Assembly (NCBI RefSeq): GCF_004010195.1 | Contig: NC_057720.1 | Location: forward strand, 24,858,500 to 24,922,499 | DNA: 64,000 nucleotides | Source of the DNA: Chiloscyllium plagiosum | Taxonomy: Eukaryota | Direction of reading: 5' to 3' | In this document: positions 49,260 to 62,162 of the stretch, piece by piece | How the letters are laid out: the number at the start of each line of letters is the position of its first letter | Position numbering within the stretch: the stretch's first letter is position 1 | Position numbers and translations under genes: made by a program | The notes under the pieces: model-generated | What the model was told of the DNA's origin: nothing | The model's database searches: none | The model's input: only the letters and a program-made list of their open reading frames with translations

Positions 49260-52200
49260 GAAAACTCTCTGCAGCATGGCTTGGGCTGGGAAACACTCTG
49301 CAGCATGATGTGGGCTGGGACACTCTCTGTGGCATGGTATGGGCAGGGACACTCTCTGTAGCATGGCATGGGCTGGGACACTCTCTATAGCATGGCGTGG
49401 GTGGGAACACTGTCTGTGGCATGGCGCAGGTGGGGACACTCTGTGGCATAGTGTGGGCTGGGACACTCTCTGTGGCATGGCGTTGGCTGGGACACTCTCT
49501 GTGGCATGGCATGGGCTGGGACACTCTCTGTGGCATAGTGTGGGCTGGGACACTGTGTCATGACGTGGGTGGGGACACTCTCTGTGGCATGGCGTGGGTG
49601 GGGACACTCTCTATGGCATAGTGTGGGCTGAGACACTCTCTGTGGCATGGCGTGGGCTGGGACACTCTCTGTGGCATAGTGTGGGCTGCGACACTCTCTG
49701 TGGCATGGCGTGGGCAGGGACACTCTCTGCAGCATGGCGTGGGCTGGGACACTCTCTGTGGCATAGTGTGGGCTGGGACACTCTGCAGCATGGCGTGGGC
49801 TGGGACACTCTCTGTGTCATGGCATGGGTGGGAACTCTCTGTGGCATTGTGTGGGCTGGGACACTCTCTCTGGCATGGCATGGGTGGGAACACTCTCTGT
49901 GGCATTGTGTGGGCTGGGACACTCTCTCTGGCATGGCATGGGTGGGGACACTCTCTGTGTCATGGCATGGGTGGGGACACTCTCTGTGGCATAGTGTGGG
50001 CTGCGACACTCTCTGTGGCATGGCGTGGGCAGGGACACTCTCTGTGGCATAGTGTGGGCTGGGACACTCTGCAGCATGGCGTGGGCTGGGACACTCTCTG
50101 TGTCATGGCGTGGGTGGGAACACTCTCTGTGGCATTGTGTGGGCTGGGACACTCTCTCTGGCATGGCATGGGTGGGGACACTCTCTGTGTCATGGCATGG
50201 GTGGGGACACTCTCTGTGGCATAGTGTGGGCTGGAACACTCTCTGTAGCATGGCGTGGGTGGGGACACTCTCTGTGGCATAGTGTGGGCCAGGACAGTCT
50301 CTGTGGCATGACCTGGGCTGGGACACTCTTTGTGTCATGGCGTGGTTGGAGACACTTTCTGTGGCATGGCGTGGGTGGGGACCCTCTCTGTGGCATGGCG
50401 TGGGCTGGGACACTCTCTGCTGCATTGCGTGGGCTGGGACACTCTCTGTGTCATGGTGTGGGTGGGAACACTCTCTGTGGCATAGTGTGGGCTGGGACAC
50501 TCTCTGTGGGATGGCGTGGGTGGGAACACTCTCTGTGGCATAGTGTGGGCTGGCACTCTCTGTGGGATGGCGTGGGTGGGAACACTCTCTGTGGCATAGT
50601 GTGGGCTGGGACACTCTCCGTGGCATGGCGTGGGCTGGGACTCTCTCTGTGGCATAGTGTGGGCTGGGACACTCTCTGTGGCATGGCGTGGGTTGGTAAA
50701 CTCTCTGTGGCATGGCGTGGGCTGGGACTCTCTCTGTGGCATAGTGTTGGCTGGGACACTCTCTGTGGCATAGTGTGGGCTGGGACACTCTCTGCAGCAT
50801 GGTGTGGGCTGGGACACTCTCTGCAGCATGGCGTGGGTGGGGTCACTCTTTGTGTCATAGCGTGGGTGGGAACACTCTCTGTGGCATAGTGTGGGCTGGG
50901 ACACTCTCTGTGGCATGGAACGAGTGAGGACACTCTGTAGCATAGTGTGGGCTGGGACACTCTCAGTGTCATAGCGTGGGTGGGAACACTCTCTGTGGCA
51001 TGGCACGGGTGGGGACAATCTGTGGCATAGTGTGGGCTGGGACACTCTCTGTGGCATAGTGTGGGCTGGGACATTCTTTGTGTCATGGCGTGGGTGGGGA
51101 CACTCTCTGTGGCACGGCGTGGGTGGGGACCCTCTCTGTGCCATAGTGTGGGCTGGGACACTCTCTGTGGCATGGCGTGGGTGGGAATACTCTCTGTGGC
51201 ATAGTGTGGGCTGGGACACTCTCTGTGGCATGGCGTGGGTGGGAATACTCTCTGTGGCATAGTGCGGGCTGGGACACTCTCTGTGTCATGGCGTGGGTGG
51301 GGACACTCTCTGTGGCATGGTGTGGGCTGGGACTCTCTCCGTGGCATGGTGTGGGTTGGTAATGTCTCCGTTGCATGGCGGGGGTTGGTAATGTCTCTGT
51401 GGCATGGCGTAGGCTGGGACACTCTCTGCAGCATTGCGTGGGCTGGGACACTCTGCAGCATGGCATGGGCTGGGACACTCTGCAGCATGGCATGGGCTGG
51501 GACACTCTCTGTGGCATGGTGTGGGCTGGGACACTCTCTGTGTCATGATGTGGACTGGGGCACTGTGACATGGAGTGGGCTGGGACACTGCACCATGCCG
51601 TGGGCTGGGACACTCTGTGGCATGGCGTGGGCTGGGACATTCTCTGCAGCATGGCATGGGCTGGGATACTCTGTGGCAGAGTGTGGACTGTGGCACTCTC
51701 TGTGCCATGGCGTGGGTGGAGACACTCTCTGTGGCATTGTGTGGGTGGAGACACTCTATGGTATGGCGTGTGCTGGGACTCTCTCTGTGGCATGGTGTGG
51801 TCTGGGACTCTCTCTGCTGCTTGGCGTGGGCTGGCACGCTCTGTAGCATGGCATGGGTTGGTAAACTCTCTGTGGCATGGTGTGGGCTGGGACACTCTCT
51901 GCAGCATGGTATGGGCTGGGTCACTCTCTATGGCATGATTGGGCTGGGATACCCTGTGGCATACTGTGGGCTGGGACACTCCGTGGCATAGTGTGGGCTG
52001 GGACACTCTCTGCGGCATGGCATGGGTAGGACACTCTCTGTGGTAAGGCGTGGGTTGGTAAACTCTCTGTGGCATAGTGTTGCCTGGGACACTCTCTGTG
52101 GCTTGGTGTGTTCTGGGACACTCTCTGTGGCATGGCGTGGACTGGGACACTCTCTGTGGCATAGTGTGTGCAGGGACACTCTCTGCAGCATGGCATGGGC

Positions 52201-52968
52201 TGGGGCACTCTCTGTGGCAATGTGTGGGCTGGGACACTCTCTGTGACATGATATGGGCTGGGACACTCTCTGTGGCATGGCGTGGGCTGGGACACTCTGT
52301 GGCATGGCGTGAGCTGAGACATTCTCTGCAGCATGGCATGGGCTAGGATACTCTGTGGCAGAGTGTGGACTGTGCCACTCTCTGTGACATGGTGTGGGTG
52401 GAGACACTCTCTATGGCATTGTGTGGGTGGAGACACTCTATGGTATGGCGTGAGCTGGGACTCTCTCTGTGGCATGGTGTGGTCTGGGACTCTCTCTGCT
52501 GCTTGGCGTGGGCTGGCACACGCTCTGTAGCATGGCATGGGTTGGTAAACTCTCTGTGGCATAGTGTGGGCTGGGACACTCTCTGCGGCATGGCATGGGT
52601 GGGGCACTCTCTGTGGCATGGCGTGGGTTGGTAAACTCTCTGTGGCATAGTGTGGGCTGGGACACTCTCTGCAGCATGGTATGGGCTGGCAGTCTCTCTG
52701 TGGCATGGTGTTGGCTGGGACATTCCCTGCAGCATTGTGTGGACTGGAAACACTCTGTGGCATGGCGTGGGCTGGGACACTCTCTGTGGCATAGTGTGGG
52801 CTGGGACACTGTGTCATGGCATGGGTGGAGCACTCTCTGTGGCATGGCGTGGGTTGGTAAACTCTCTGTGGCATAGTGTTGCCTGGGACACTCTCTGTGG
52901 CTTGATGTGTTCTGGGACACTCTCTGTGGCATGGCGTGGGCTGAGACACTCTCTGTGGCATAGTGTGG
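49260..52968. repeat. Minisatellite, ~29-bp unit GGGACACTCTCTGTGGCAT(A/G)G(T/C)GTGGGCT, roughly 125-130 copies
   Basis: Directly visible tandem array with 27-29-bp variants; explains the overlapping MPQRVSQPT/CHREC pseudo-ORFs. Confidence 0.98.
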
Positions 52969-53710
52969 CCTTTAGAGAATCCTCAATTAGCACTCCCAGA
53001 TCCCTTTGTACTTTGGCTTTATGAATTTTCTCACCGTTTAGAAAGTAGGTCATGCTTGTATTCTTTTTTCCAAAGTGCAAGACCTCGCATTTGCTTACAT
53101 TGAATTCCATCAGCCAAGAACCTTTTATCCCAACTCTCTGCCTTCTGTCAGACAGCCAATCCTTAATCCGTGCCAGTAGCTCACCTCGAACACCATGAGC
53201 CCTCACCTTACTCAGCAGCCTCCCGTGTGGCACCTTATCAAAGGCCTTTTGGAAGTCTAGATAGACCACATCTACTGGGTTTCCCTGGTCTAACCTACTT
53301 GTCACCTCTTCAAAGAATTCCAACAGGTTTGTCAGGCATGACCTCCCCTTACTAAATCCATGACTTGTTCTAATCTGACCCTGCTCTTCCAAGAATTTAG
53401 AAACCTCATCCTTAATGATGGATTCTCGAATTTTACCAAAACCGAGGTTAGGCTAATTGGCCTATAATTTTATATCTTTTGTCTTGATCCTTTCTTGAAC
53501 AAGGGGGTTACAACAATGATCTTCCAATCATCCGGGACTTTCCCTGATTCCAGGGACTTTTGAAAGATCAAACCAACGCCTCTGCTATTTCCTCAGCCAC
53601 CTCCCTCAGAACTCTAGGATGTAGCCCATTGGGGCCAGGAGATTTATCAATTTTAAGACATTTTAGCTTTTCTAGCAATTTCTCTTTTGCAATGGCAACC
53701 ATACTCAACT
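52969..53710 (-). mobile_element. CR1 RT fragment (younger family, same as 56960-57870) with an internal deletion
   Basis: HGFSKGRSCLTNLLEFFEEVT..VYLDFQKAFDKVPH joined directly to WLMEFNVSKCEVLHFG. Confidence 0.9.
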
Positions 53711-53795
53711 CAGATGAAGAGGGTCACCGCTTCGATTGGAACAGCACATCCATCCTGGGACGGGCTGGACGGAGACGTGCACGGGGGTTCCTGGA
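53711..53795 (+). mobile_element. Short Penelope GIY-YIG fragment
   Basis: DEEGHRFDWNSTSILGRAGRRRARGFLE resembles the PLE endonuclease C-terminal GH.FDW...IL.......R.FLE motif. Confidence 0.6.
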
Positions 53796-54487
53796 GTTAG
53801 TTCCTCCACTTCTCTCTCATCCTTAATTTCTTGTTGTTAGGGCCTAAGAACATCAAAAATAGTTGCAAAACAGGCCCTTCAAACCTGCTGTGTCACACAC
53901 TACAATAACAACTGATCGTGTGCCTCAGCTGATCTTTTTTCACTATGCCTTAGGCATCAATTTCCTTATTAACACCCTTCCTGAGGAGATATCAACACAG
54001 CAACCTGTTTAGATTATGCATGTGCAAAGTAGCTTTGAAATGGTTTTCAACATTAAAGATGAGATGTATGTAACATTGTGCCTCTTGCTTCGTCTTTTTT
54101 AAATTAAATATAATGATCTTCAAACTGCCTCAAAACCGACTTAGCAAATAAGTTCTTGACAGGTAAATTAAGGGCCAATTCAGCAAAACATCTGATAGTT
54201 TGCAAAGACCAGCATAATTTTTCACAATGTTCAGAAAAATACTTTTTATTGGATTGAATTGCTGAGGGATCCCTCAGTTTATAACTATTGAGGAATTTAA
54301 AGTCAATTAACCTGTTTGCTGCAAGCCACCACCTACAATAATTCATACAGCAGAGAGAAGAGGTCATTCATGCTTTCCATGCTCCAAATTTTTAAAAATC
54401 TTTCATCTGTCCACTCCAGTCTTGAAAGAGCTGGCTCATGTTTGGTGAGTAGCTTAACCAAATGACCGTTTATTGTATGATAGTGCA

Positions 54488-54790
54488 GGAGACAATGGTC
54501 TAGTGGTATTATTATTGGATTGTTAATCCAGAGACCCGGGTAATGTTCAGGGGACCAGGCTTTGAATCACACTTGGGTGGATGGTGTAATTTTGAATTCA
54601 ATAAATCTCTGGAATTGAAGAGTATAATGATTATCATGAATTTATTGTGCATTGTCGGAAAACACCCATGTGGTTTACGAATGTCCTTTAGGGAAGGGGT
54701 CTTGTGACACAGTCATAGTGTCCTACCTCTGAGCCAGTAGGCCCAGCTTCAAGCCCTACCTGCTCCACTAGTGAATAATACTTCTGAAAC
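54488..54790 (+). mobile_element. Old tRNA-derived SINE fragments
   Basis: tggtctagtggta A-box-like head and ttgaatc B-box-like motif; a related minus-strand head lies at ~37100-37150. Confidence 0.5.
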
Positions 54791-56299
54791 ATTGAGGAAA
54801 ATATATGAAAAATAATTTCATATTGGAGCCATCACAGTACCACTGTTTGGATGGTATTACTAACCATCAGGCCAAACAAGACAAGATATATGTCTTCTTC
54901 ATTAACATTTGTGGTTCTTCCCTAGTGTTTCAGGAAGTAAATTCACTGTGTGGCCTGATGTTAAATTACCCAAACCAGGAAGTTCTCAGATTTGAATTTT
55001 GTTGAGTTGATTGATCAGGACATGCATGATTGGGGTACTTTGGGAAAAACTATTGTCTGATAACAATCATAGTGGAGAGATGGTTGATAGGGGTACCATC
55101 CAGATGATCTGAAGGCCTTGGAGCACTAAGAAAGAGCCTGATGATTGGAAGGGTTAATTGAGTCTGACTTGCAATGGAAATGAGGATGTAACAGTGGTCA
55201 GGTCAATATGTATTCATGCAGAAGAATAGCTGGGAATACTCAAAATGTTGGGGTTATGGTAACATCAAAGAAGTAGAAGAAACACAGAATATTTTCAGGA
55301 TCCTTAAGCATAGCCTTAGGCATGAGAATAGAGCACTGGAACAATAGAGGCGGTGCATTGTCATTGAAGATAAATGCTGAACAATGATAGATGCAATTAT
55401 ACTTAGAATTGGAGTAATGATATCTCCTAGAAGTGGTTCAGTATTTGTTGGTAAAGGGTGGATACACTCATTTTGTTGAAGCAAAATTCTGAAGCTCTGG
55501 GACATCTATTGCACACAACCTTGGTTAAATTCCAACAGGAAAATTGCATTGGAGGCAGTACAACATTGGTTCAACAGAATTGTCACTTTGATTTAGAAAA
55601 TTACCAATGTCACTTTGTTACGTAACAGAGATATTTGAGATAAGTTTTTTAAAAATTCAGCCTATTAATTTAATGTCTGTTGTCAAGAAGTTACTAGCTA
55701 CTACTTATTACTGGCGGGTGACAGGGCTAAATCTTATATTCTTTTGGCTAAGTGTTGCATTAAGAATTTGGAGGGATTCTTGCTACAGGGCCCAGCAAGA
55801 TTTCTCATAGTATCCAACCAAACATACACCATTAACTGCCATCCATACTGCTATGGTGTCCATTTTATCTGATTCTATCTCCATCTTAACACATAGCATT
55901 CCCAAAACAACTCACAATTCACCAGATATCCACTGAAAATACTGGTATCCCTGATGCCCGTACCACCTTGAAAAGATTTCTGTGCCCTGGCCATGACTGG
56001 CAATTTGGCAATGGCCCTCATTGACAGTGATGGACCAGCTGGCACATTGTAGAAGCAACTGAACAATTGTAAGCACTTTCTTCAAAGTAGTTTAGTGACT
56101 TGGTCCTGGGATTTAGATGCTTTTTCTCGTACTATGTGTTTTAGCTGAAATTGTCACAATTATTTGTGATTTTTGGGTGATTTACTTATGGTGGTTTATT
56201 AAATGAAAAACTCCATGGGACATTTGGTGATTAGAGAAATAAAAAACATTCAGTTGTGCATAACAGCACATCTGGATATATAAAAAAGAAAAAAAGGTG

Positions 56300-56750
56300 A
56301 CTGGATTTGAGCTATAGGGAGAGGCTGAAGAGGCTGGGACTATTTTCCCTGGAGTGTCAGAGGCTGAGGGGTGATCTTATAAGGTTTAAAAATTATGAAG
56401 GGCATGGATAGGATAGACAAAGTCTTTTCCCTGGGGTCGGGGAGTCCAGAACTAGAGGGCATAGGTTTAGGGTGAGAGGGGAAAGATATAAAAGAGACCT
56501 AAGGGGCAACTTTTTCATGCAGAGGGTGGTATGTATATGGAATGAGCTGCAGAGGATGTTGTAGAGGCTGGTACAATTGCAACATTTAAGAAGCATTTTG
56601 ATGGGTATATGAATAGGAAGGGTTTGGATGGATATGGGCCGGGTGCTGGCAGGTGGGACTAGATTGAGTTGGGATATCTGGTTGGTGTGGACGGGTTGGA
56701 CCGAAGGGTCTGTTTCCATGCTGTACATCTCTATGACTCTATGACTATGA
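56300..56750 (+). mobile_element. CR1 LINE 3' end
   Basis: GESRTRGHRFRVRGERYKRDLRGNFF; (ctctatga)n tail. Confidence 0.9.
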
Positions 56751-56959
56751 TTATTTACTCCTGTTGTTTCCAGTTGAAGATCTGTTTTACAGTCAAATAA
56801 TGACAACATTTTAATATGTTTTGGGTTACTAAGTTCTAGTTTTAATTTTTAAAATTGTAGCTGCATATTTAATATCCAACTAATTAGTTATACTCATGTG
56901 TGATCTGTTCCAAAATGGTTTAATGGTGCATACTAAGGTTGTGTTGCTATATATGAAGG

Positions 56960-57870
56960 GACTGGGGGCATTCTAGCGAAGTTTGCCGATGATACGAAAT
57001 TAGGTGGACAGGCAGGTAGTACTGAGGAAGTGGGGAGGATCTAGACAGGATGGGAGAGTGGTCCAGGAAATGGCTGATGGAATTCAATGTGAGCAAATGC
57101 GAGGTCTTGCACTTTGGGAAAAAGAATACAAGCATGGACTACTTTCTAAACGGTGAGAAAATTCATAAAGCCAAAGTACAAAGGGATCTGGGAGTGCTAG
57201 TTGAGGATTCTCTAAAGGTAAACATGCAGGTTGAGTCCGTGATTAAGAAAGCGAATACAATGTTGTCATTTATCTCAAGAGGGTTGGAATATAAAAGCAC
57301 CGTTGTGCTACTGAGACTTTATAAAGATCTGGTTAGGCCCCATTTGGAGTACTGTGTCCAGTTTTGGTCCCCACAACTCAGGAAGGACATACTGGCACCG
57401 GAGCATGTCCAGCGGAGATTCCCTGGAATGGTAGGTCTAACATACGAGGAACGGCTGAGGATCCTGGGATTGTATTCATTGGAGTTTAGAAGATTAAGGG
57501 GAGATCTATTAGAAACATACAAGATAATACATGGCTTGGAAAGGGTGGACGCTAGGAAATTGTTTCCGTTAGGCGAGGAGACTAGGACCCGTGGACACAG
57601 CCTTAGAATTAGAGGGGGTAAATTCAGAACAGAAATGCGGAGACATTTCTTCAGCCAGAGAGTGGTGGGCCTGTGGAATTCTTTGCCGCGGAGTGCAGTG
57701 GAGGCTGGGACGCTAAATGTCTTCAAGACAGAGATTGATAAATTCTTGATGTCACAAGGAATTAAGGGGAGAATGCGGGTAAGTGGAGTTGAAATGCCCA
57801 TCAGCCATGATTGAATGGCGGAGTGGTCTCGATGGGCCGAATGGCCTTACTTCCACTCCTATGTCTTATA
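56960..57870 (+). mobile_element. Young 5'-truncated CR1 LINE (254-aa open ORF2 C-terminus)
   Basis: KFADDT upstream; ORF 57050-57814 has LYKDLVRPHLEYCVQFWSP..FFSQRVVGLWNSLP; tail cctatgtcttat. Confidence 0.93.
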
Positions 57871-58059
57871 TTGATAATCTCAGATTTGTGATACCTAACC
57901 ATTGCTGACTGACTTCCTTAATTTGTGCTATTCCACGTGTATGTACTTTTCCACATGATCTAATTATCTTTGCCATGTTGCTAGAATTAATTGTGGTGTG
58001 TGCTTTATAATGAAGTGAGGTTTTGCAGAGTGAATATAAGAGACTAGGTAGAAGGTTAA

Positions 58060-60310
58060 AAAAAAACATCTAAGTACCAATCACTGGTTTACTTCCAGTG
58101 TCAAGTTCTAATGAGGAAAAGGAAAAAAGGTTAGGGAGATAAATCAATGGCTGAAGAGGTGGTGCATTGTGCAGGGATTCGGTATTTTGGATCACTGCGA
58201 TCACTACTGGGACAGAAAAAACCTTTTCAGAAAGGATGGGTTTCACCTGAACTGGAAAGGGACCAATATCCTGGCTCATTCTATTTCAGGAGCCTGTAAA
58301 CTTTTAGAGAGGGGGACTAGGGGCTTTGTAGGTAACAGTGAAAATAGAAAGAAAGATGAGGATGGTGCTGAATCATAAAAAAGCAGTTAATTAGAAAAGA
58401 CAGGCAAGAGGAAGTCAGAGAAGGAAGTAACTCTGAAGAATTAAACTGTTTTCATTTCAATGCAAGAGGTCTTACAGATAAGGCCGCTGAACTCAGGGCA
58501 AGTATGGGAACATGGGGCTGGGATGTTATAGCTATTACAGAAACTTGGCTGAGGGAAGGATAGGCCTGGCAGTTCAGTGTTCATGGTTTTAGATGTTATA
58601 GGAAGAGAGGCAAGGAGGCGGGCGGCATTTTTGATTAAGGAAAACATTAGTCTGTACTTAGAGAAGATATTTCTGAGGGATCATTCAGTGAAAATATCTC
58701 GGTTGAAATTAGAAATAAGAAAGGAATGATCACCTTGATGGGGTTGTACTCTAGGTCCCCCAAAAGTCAGAGGGAAACTGAGAAGCAAGTATGTAAATAT
58801 TTGGAAGAACAATAATGTTGTAATAGCCTGGAATTTTCATTTTCCAAACATTAACTGGGACTGCTATAGTGTTAAATGTTTGGATGGTGAAGAATTTGCT
58901 AAGTGTGTTCAAGAAGGTTTTCATTATCATAATGTGAATGTTTCTACTAGAGAAGGAGCAAAACTTGACCTCTTTGGAAATAAGGCAGGGCAAGTGACTG
59001 AAGTATTAGTGGGAGACCACTTTGGCACTAGTGATCAGAATACAATTAGTTTTAAAAGAGCCTCCTGTGAAGCGCAACAAAAACTTCCAGCTCGGCGAGC
59101 AGAACCACAGCAACGAGCACCCGAGCTACAAACCTTCTCACAAACTTAGTTTTAAAAGAATTATGGAAAAGAATAAGGCTTTCATAAAAGTTAAATTTCT
59201 TAACTGGAGTAGGCAAATTTTAAGGGAATGAAACAAAAACTTTCAAAAGTTGATTGGAGTAGACTGTTCACATATAAAGGGTCGACTGAGGCCTGAAAGG
59301 TATGATACCGAGGGTTCAGAGGTATTATGTTCCTGATAAAGTGAAGAGCAAGGCTGGTAAGAGTAGAGAACACTGGATGAATAAAGATATTGAGGATATA
59401 GTCAAGAATAAGAAAGAATCATATATTAAATATAGACAACTGGATCAAATGAGTATTTCGGAGGTCATGCTGTGGCTGTACAGGACATTGATTAGGCCAC
59501 TTTTGGAATATTGTGTGTAATTCTGGTCTCCTTTTTGGAAAGATGTTGTGAAACTTGAAAGGGTTCAGAAAAGATTTACAAGGATGTTGCCAGGGTTGGA
59601 GGATTTGAGCTACAGGGAGAGGCAGAATAGGCTGGGGCTGTTTTCCCTGGAGCGTCGGAGGCTGAGGTGTGACCTTGTAGAGGTTTATAAAATCATGAGG
59701 GGCATGGATAGGGTAAATAGACAAGGTATTTTCCCTGGAGTGGGGGAGTCCAGAACTAGAGGGCATAGGTTTAGGGTGAGAGGGAAAAGATATAAAGGGA
59801 CCTAAGGGGCAACATTTTCACACAGAGCGTGGTGCGTGTATGGAATGAGCTGCCAGAGGAAGTGGTGGAGGCTAGTACAACTACAACATTGTTGCTAGGA
59901 ATGGAAGGTTTGAGATTATAAAATTAGACAGGAAAGGCTGGGTCTTCTTTCACTGAAGCGTAGGAAGTTTGAGGGGTGATGTTATTGAGGTTTATAAAAT
60001 CATGAAGGGCATGGATAGTGTGAATGGGAAGGGTCTTTTCCCTCTGCTAAAGGAGTTCAAAACCAGGAGGCAAATTTTTAAATGAGAGAAGAAAGATGTA
60101 AGAAGGACATGAGGGGCAACTTTTTTTACAGTGAGTGGTTCATGTGGGGGGTGAACTACCAGAGAAAGTAATGGATGCAGGTACAGTTACAACTTTAAAG
60201 AATAGACAGGAAAGATTTGGAGGTAAATGGGCCCAACTCAGGGAAGTGGGAACATGGTCGGCATGGACAAGTTGAACTGAAGGGTCTGTTTCACTGCTAT
60301 ATGACTCTAT
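58060..60310 (+). mobile_element. Composite CR1 fragments (ORF1 end/APE plus two 3' ends)
   Basis: [37 protein letters not shown]; a PLE-like insert at ~59060-59145 flanked by a repeated ttagttttaaaaga. Confidence 0.85.
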
Positions 60311-60479
60311 GAAATACAATACTTTTCATTGTATTTTGTAACAAGATACACATGACAATAAATAATATCAAATTAGAAACAGTAACCTTGAACCAAACTA
60401 TTTTTGAGCTGAATCATTTCCATACTTGGACCATAATTCATTTTTTTCCTCTCTATATAGATAGGGGAGAAATGAGCAC

Positions 60480-61560
60480 TAAGAAATGACGTGAAATTTA
60501 AGGAGAACGATAATGATTCAGTCGGCAGTTGTTCATGTGAACGTGGAAAATATGACCAACTTTTTTTTCTCTGCTTCGTCCTGATCGCCAGAGTGAGCTG
60601 CCAGCCTTTGTGTAAATCTTTATTTTTTTTCGCGTTGGTTAGTCACAAGTTGTCAATGACACGGCCGCTTTGAGGTCGTCTCTTTATTCCTCCCTCCCAC
60701 CGTTTAACAAATGAATGTTCAGATTACCATCAGTATTATCCCCTCCCTCCACTTTACTGATCTCATCTCTCCATCCAACCGGCAACTCCCTGCCCTCGGC
60801 TCAGGGGCCGTCTCTCCATCAGCTGATCGAAGGGTTGGGCCAGACAAGTTAACTTTGGGACTGTCTTCCTTTTTCTGAAACCGCGGCGAGTGTGAGAGTT
60901 GCTGCTGAGTGAATCCCCGGTAAGAACCCAGTCTTCCTCCTTGAGGGAGAGGGGAGGTTGCACAGCAAGGCTGAGTTTAATATTATTTGCTAATTGTTCC
61001 CCCCCCCCTCCCTCCGCTGGGTGAAGGGTGAGGGACTAGCCGGGTTCTGTTCAGGGCCGATCAAAAGTGCAACAAGTCGCGTTCAAAAAGAGGGGGTTTC
61101 AGCTTTTTCCCTGTCCTTCTAGCCCCCTAACCTAAATGTGAGTGTCCGCTGTAACTCAACGCTGCTTCAGATCCTCAGAAACCGATCTTTCTGAACAGTC
61201 TCTCTCTCCTGTTTCTGTCTTCCATGTGCTTATTTGGACTGAGGCGTGTTTTTATTTTGGTCGTTTTGGAAAGATTAGGTTTTCCGACGGGGTTGATTGT
61301 GCCTCTACCTGTGTGTCCCCACGATGGTTTGAATGGACTTTAGAGAAACCTTTTTGTTTGAAAATACTTGAATTCCATCTGTCACTCATTTCCGGCCTTT
61401 AATATCCCGGCAGAACTTTCTGTTGAAGACACTCCATTCATTTTGCTGAAGCACCTCCCTTTCCTTCGCTGCTGCAAATGTGATAAAACACCCGATCCTC
61501 AGGCGTGGGATTGGTCGGGCCACACACCCAACTGGTTTGGCTAAGGCAAGAAATTCTGGT
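60480..61560 (+). promoter_or_regulatory. Possible promoter / non-coding first exon of an unidentified downstream gene
   Basis: Repeat-free, CpG-enriched block; candidate donor CCG|GTAAGA at 60920; no coding exon recognised within the window. Confidence 0.4.
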
Positions 61561-62004
61561 TCGGGGAGAATTGTTCAGAAAAGTTTCAGCGATGCTATGT
61601 TTAAGTTTTTGAACTGGAGAACTTTTTAAATGTCGCTTTGCACCCCACAAGGTTACTCAAAAGTTTGAGTTAATCATAACTCCTGACATTTGAAAGTTGC
61701 TTTGGATACCTTGATCTCCTTGAGTATTCCCAGTACTGTGCACACCAATTCTCTCTCTCTCTCTCTCTCTGCTTTCTCTCTTCCCTTCTTTCCCCACCCC
61801 CACCGCCCGTCCCTGACAAAAAAAATTTGGCTTCCAATTTTGTTTTTACAGTTTAAATTTCCTGACTTTTTAAAGAGTCCACATTTACTACTTAATACTG
61901 TGCCAATATCTTCAAGAATGGGGAACATCTGCCTTTGGGAAAACCTGCATTCACAAATCCACTTTTCACTCATGGGGCTTGGGTGTACCTGCTGGTCAGA
62001 ATAT

Positions 62005-62162
62005 AGATTCTGGATTAGTGGTGCTGGAAGAGCACAGCAGTTCGGGCTTTTGCCCGAAATGTCAATTTTACTGCTCCTCGGATGCTGCCTGAACTGCTGT
62101 GCTCTTCCAGCACCACTAATCCAGAATCTGGCTTCCAGCATCTGCAGTCATTGTTTTTACCC
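62005..62162. mobile_element. Palindromic Penelope-derived mini-element (family A)
   Basis: Inverted arms joined at the stem-II hairpin ttcgggcttttgcccgaa; TSD ggtcagaata at 61994-62003 and 62163-62172. Confidence 0.82.

Noticed and set aside
49260..52968. CRISPR-like regular repeat
   Set aside because: Units are contiguous with no unique spacers, there are no cas genes, and the context is eukaryotic.
49204..53024. Many long overlapping ORFs (up to 418 aa, PQRVSQPT/CHREC/HATES repeats)
   Set aside because: These are translations of a stop-poor 29-bp tandem repeat in several frames on both strands, with no splice or promoter context.
57050..57814. 254-aa ORF as a host gene (also 6966-7691, 43291-43854, 4381-4890)
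   Set aside because: These are CR1 ORF2 (APE/RT) fragments, truncated or flanked by stops and frameshifts.
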